From assembly GCA_014728035.1 (NCBI GenBank), contig WJMJ01000065.1:1-26817 (forward strand): DNA of 26,817 nt, in the 5' to 3' direction. The stretch comes from Promethearchaeota archaeon. Its GTDB lineage: Archaea > Asgardarchaeota > Thorarchaeia > Thorarchaeales > Thorarchaeaceae. Positions 24,580 through 26,817 of the stretch are shown here, in pieces. Each line of letters begins with the position of its first letter. Position 1 is the first letter of the stretch. Position numbers and translations under genes: made by a program. The notes under the pieces were generated by a model. The model did not search any database. It saw only the letters and a program-made list of their open reading frames with translations, and was not told the DNA's origin.

Positions 24580-25525
24580 TATTCTCTTCCTCCTCTACAA
24601 CGCGCATAAAAATCTCTTCAAGCTCGTATTGTTTCATTCCAAATTTTGTAACATTGACTTTCTTGTCAGTTAGAATCGTTCTCAGTAACTGAGTCTTTGC
24701 TTGTTCTTCGTCTGAAACTGCAACTGTCCAGTGTGTCTTACCCTGTTGTGTATGCTCGTGAATTTCAGTGACCCAGTCCAAATTGGATACTTTCGACTTT
24801 ATGGAATCAGTAGATCCCTCAAGAGTCATTGAGTATACTGTTCCCTCTGAACCTGCTAGAAGTTCCTCGATTGGAGATTGTGCAATCAGTTGCCCTTTGT
24901 TCAAGATTGCAACCTCATCACTGACCCTCTGCACATCATCAAGTATGTGTGTCGAATAGAATATTGTTGCACGGTCTCTAAGACTCTCCATTATCTTCAG
25001 AACTGACTCTCTACCCTGTGGATCTAGTCCAGCTGCAGGTTCATCAAAAATCAACAGTTCTGGGTCGTTCACTAATGCCTGGGCAATACCTAAACGTTGA
25101 GTTTCACCTCCGGAAAATCCTTCCACTGGTCTATCCGCTTTTTCCGTTAGATTTACTAATTCAAGTAATTCAGAAACTCGCTCAGCAATGAGCTCCTTTG
25201 GACCTGTGTAAAAAAATCTGGAAGCAAATTCTAGTGTCTGTCTTGCTGACATTTCTTTGTAGAAGTTGGGTTTCTGTGCAAGATATCCAATCCTCTTTCG
25301 TATCTCGTCGTTCTGTGTTTCTATGTCCATTCCAAATACTTTTCCAGATCCTGCTGTTGGTCTTCTCAGTCCTAATAATAGACTGATTGCTGTGGTTTTT
25401 CCAGCACCATTGGGACCAAGAAAAGCAAAAATGGAATTCTTTGGTACTCGCAAATCTAATTTTTTGAGAGCGTGCACCTCTCCATATGACTTGTCAAGAC
25501 CTGAGGTCTCTATTACATATTCCAT
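24572..25525 (-). CDS. ABC-2 type exporter ATP-binding subunit
   Basis: Walker A GPNGAGKTT, signature FSGGETQRLGIAQAL, Walker B LIFDEP, H-loop STH. Confidence 0.97.
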   Translation of the reverse strand: MEYVIETSGLDKSYGEVHALKKLDLRVPKNSIFAFLGPNGAGKTTAISLLLGLRRPTAGSGKVFGMDIETQNDEIRKRIGYLAQKPNFYKEMSARQTLEFASRFFYTGPKELIAERVSELLELVNLTEKADRPVEGFSGGETQRLGIAQALVNDPELLIFDEPAAGLDPQGRESVLKIMESLRDRATIFYSTHILDDVQRVSDEVAILNKGQLIAQSPIEELLAGSEGTVYSMTLEGSTDSIKSKVSNLDWVTEIHEHTQQGKTHWTVAVSDEEQAKTQLLRTILTDKKVNVTKFGMKQYELEEIFMRVVEEEENNE

Positions 25526-25614
25526 ATCTTATTCTCCTGAATCGCGGCTGTGTAAAATTTGTAAAAGTTATTGAAAAAGAGTCTTTTAAAAAATAGTCGA
25601 TTCATGATAATAAA

Positions 25615-25636
25615 GAAGGTAGACTAAGCTACCTTC
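25615..25636 (-). terminator. Hairpin downstream of the MBL hydrolase gene
   Basis: GAAGGTAG-ACTAAG-CTACCTTC, an 8-bp stem. Confidence 0.45.
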
Positions 25637-25651
25637 ATTCGAACAAAGAGA

Positions 25652-26422
25652 TTATCCAATGGTGAATTCATAAGATTCGTAGTTATCCAAACAGATGCTG
25701 GTTATACTTGCTTCTTCTAACTGTGTGTCATATGTATTGAGAAAACTAATTACATCATAGATATTCTGATAATGTATTGGAATGTAATATTGAGCTTCAA
25801 GAGTATTGATAGCGTCTATAATCTCCATTCCTGTCATGGTCTGACATCCTGGTCCGAGAGGAAGACATACCACATCTATTTGTTCAGCTATCTGTTCATA
25901 CTCTGGAATAACTTTAGAATCTCCAGCATGGAAAATAGTGAATCCGTCAATATCAATGATATAACTACAATAATTTGCTTCTCTCGGATGACTAGCTGGC
26001 CAACCATCAACGGGTAAAGTGTAACTATAGAATGCTGTAACATTTATCTCGCCAATCTGAACACTATCACCTGGATTTATAGCTGCAGCGGACCATGTAT
26101 CAATTTGTGTTGACATGTTTTCAGGCATGACGATTGTTGTTTCCTCAGTGGATATCTGGTTTATTGAATTTGCATCGTAGTGATCCCCGTGAGGATGTGT
26201 TATTAGAACGGCATCAGCAGAGTAGGTCCAGTTTTCGCGTAGATTGTAAGGATCCACGTATATTCTCAGGCCTTTGGTTTCAATCATTAGCCCTGCATTC
26301 TCAAGCAAGGTTAGTGAAATTGTGTTATCTTCCTGCAGCTGATTCAGTACGAGTATTCCCATAACAGATGTACCCGCAACGAGAGAGATAACAAATAGAC
26401 CTGTCATAATTCTCTTGTTCAT
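25652..26422 (-). CDS. Membrane-anchored or secreted MBL-fold metallo-hydrolase
   Basis: N-terminal TM; YVDP, THPHGDH, HAGDS and IPIHY metal-ligand motifs; GGTGA upstream. Confidence 0.92.
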   Translation of the reverse strand: MNKRIMTGLFVISLVAGTSVMGILVLNQLQEDNTISLTLLENAGLMIETKGLRIYVDPYNLRENWTYSADAVLITHPHGDHYDANSINQISTEETTIVMPENMSTQIDTWSAAAINPGDSVQIGEINVTAFYSYTLPVDGWPASHPREANYCSYIIDIDGFTIFHAGDSKVIPEYEQIAEQIDVVCLPLGPGCQTMTGMEIIDAINTLEAQYYIPIHYQNIYDVISFLNTYDTQLEEASITSICLDNYESYEFTIG

Positions 26423-26519
26423 ATTTTCACCTTACCAAATAACGAACCATTTATGGATATAAAGAACTTCGACAGCGCAATGGACACTCATCTTTCAGAT
26501 TTTGATTAGTAGATTGCCA

Positions 26520-26817
26520 TTATTGATAAAAGGCATTAGTATCTCATGGATGCCAGTTAAGCAAATTCAAGACGCGCTGGTGTTATGGATGAGAAACACA
26601 TTTCAAGAAAGAAGAAATTGACCGAGTTTTGGTTAGCAATTCGATTTCTTTCTATCCTTCCTTTTTTGAGATGAGGTCGGTGGAGACATCCATCAAAGAA
26701 TGACCTTCCTTGAGCGTATCTATAATAGAATTAGAGAGCAAATTGATTCTGTTCCAATAGCATTGAAGATGAATTGTGATGATTTTGTTGATGGCGGTCT
26801 CACCATCAATGAGAGTA
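26520..26817 (+). pseudogene. 5' part of a degenerate OYE-family paralog running to the window end
   Basis: Across stops and frameshifts: LLIK(G)H*YLMDAS*ANSRRAGVMDEKHISRKKKLTE, then *DEVGGDIHQRMTFLERIYNRIREQIDSVPIALKMNCDDFVDGGLTINES (26670-26816). Matches LIVKGHLYV...DDKHIPGLKRITE and DKYGGTVEQRM...AIKMNCDDFVEGGNTVDEA of the intact gene. Confidence 0.88.

Noticed and set aside
24014-24673. 219-aa plus-strand ORF and the other short antisense or nested ORFs in the track
   Set aside because: They lie opposite or inside well-supported genes and show no recognisable motifs.
23806-25525. ABC-2 exporter as the dedicated transporter for the NHLP-like peptide
   Set aside because: It is separated by several unrelated genes, lacks a C39 peptidase domain and belongs to a common generic family; nothing in the sequence links them.

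Overview
AT-rich window that looks archaeal, most likely Asgard (Thorarchaeia-like). This is inferred from GGTGA-type ribosome-binding motifs, large membrane-anchored beta-helix/Ig and DxDxDG-repeat surface proteins, and MNT/HEPN remnants. The flanks carry ordinary genes: FKBP PPIase, penicillin-acylase-family Ntn hydrolase with a small membrane partner, a beta-helix surface protein, OYE-family flavin oxidoreductase, HisN-like IMPase, nitronate monooxygenase/FabK-like enzyme, an ABC-2 exporter and an MBL hydrolase. The centre (about 9-22 kb) is an accessory, actively decaying region. The best candidate for an undescribed system is a polymorphic-toxin-like cassette array at 11.3-13.7 kb. There, an apparently 5'-truncated protein with a hydrophobic multi-helix C-terminus overlaps a small membrane gene (candidate immunity). 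It is followed by a frameshifted orphan module sharing a 48/51-nt, GC-rich junction box (HDISLIADLSQHDPNDP) but diverged on both sides. Head-to-head with it is a ~1570-aa surface protein with a caspase/CHAT-like His-Cys motif pair on a Ca-binding repeat stalk. Also found, mostly missed by the ORF track: two halves of an OYE pseudogene that join in exact register if 18824-26817 is inverted, an NHLP-leader-like 79-aa peptide, degenerate MNT and MNT-HEPN modules, a ~150-bp structured element with paired heptamer ends, and a 33/40-aa helical repeat protein.
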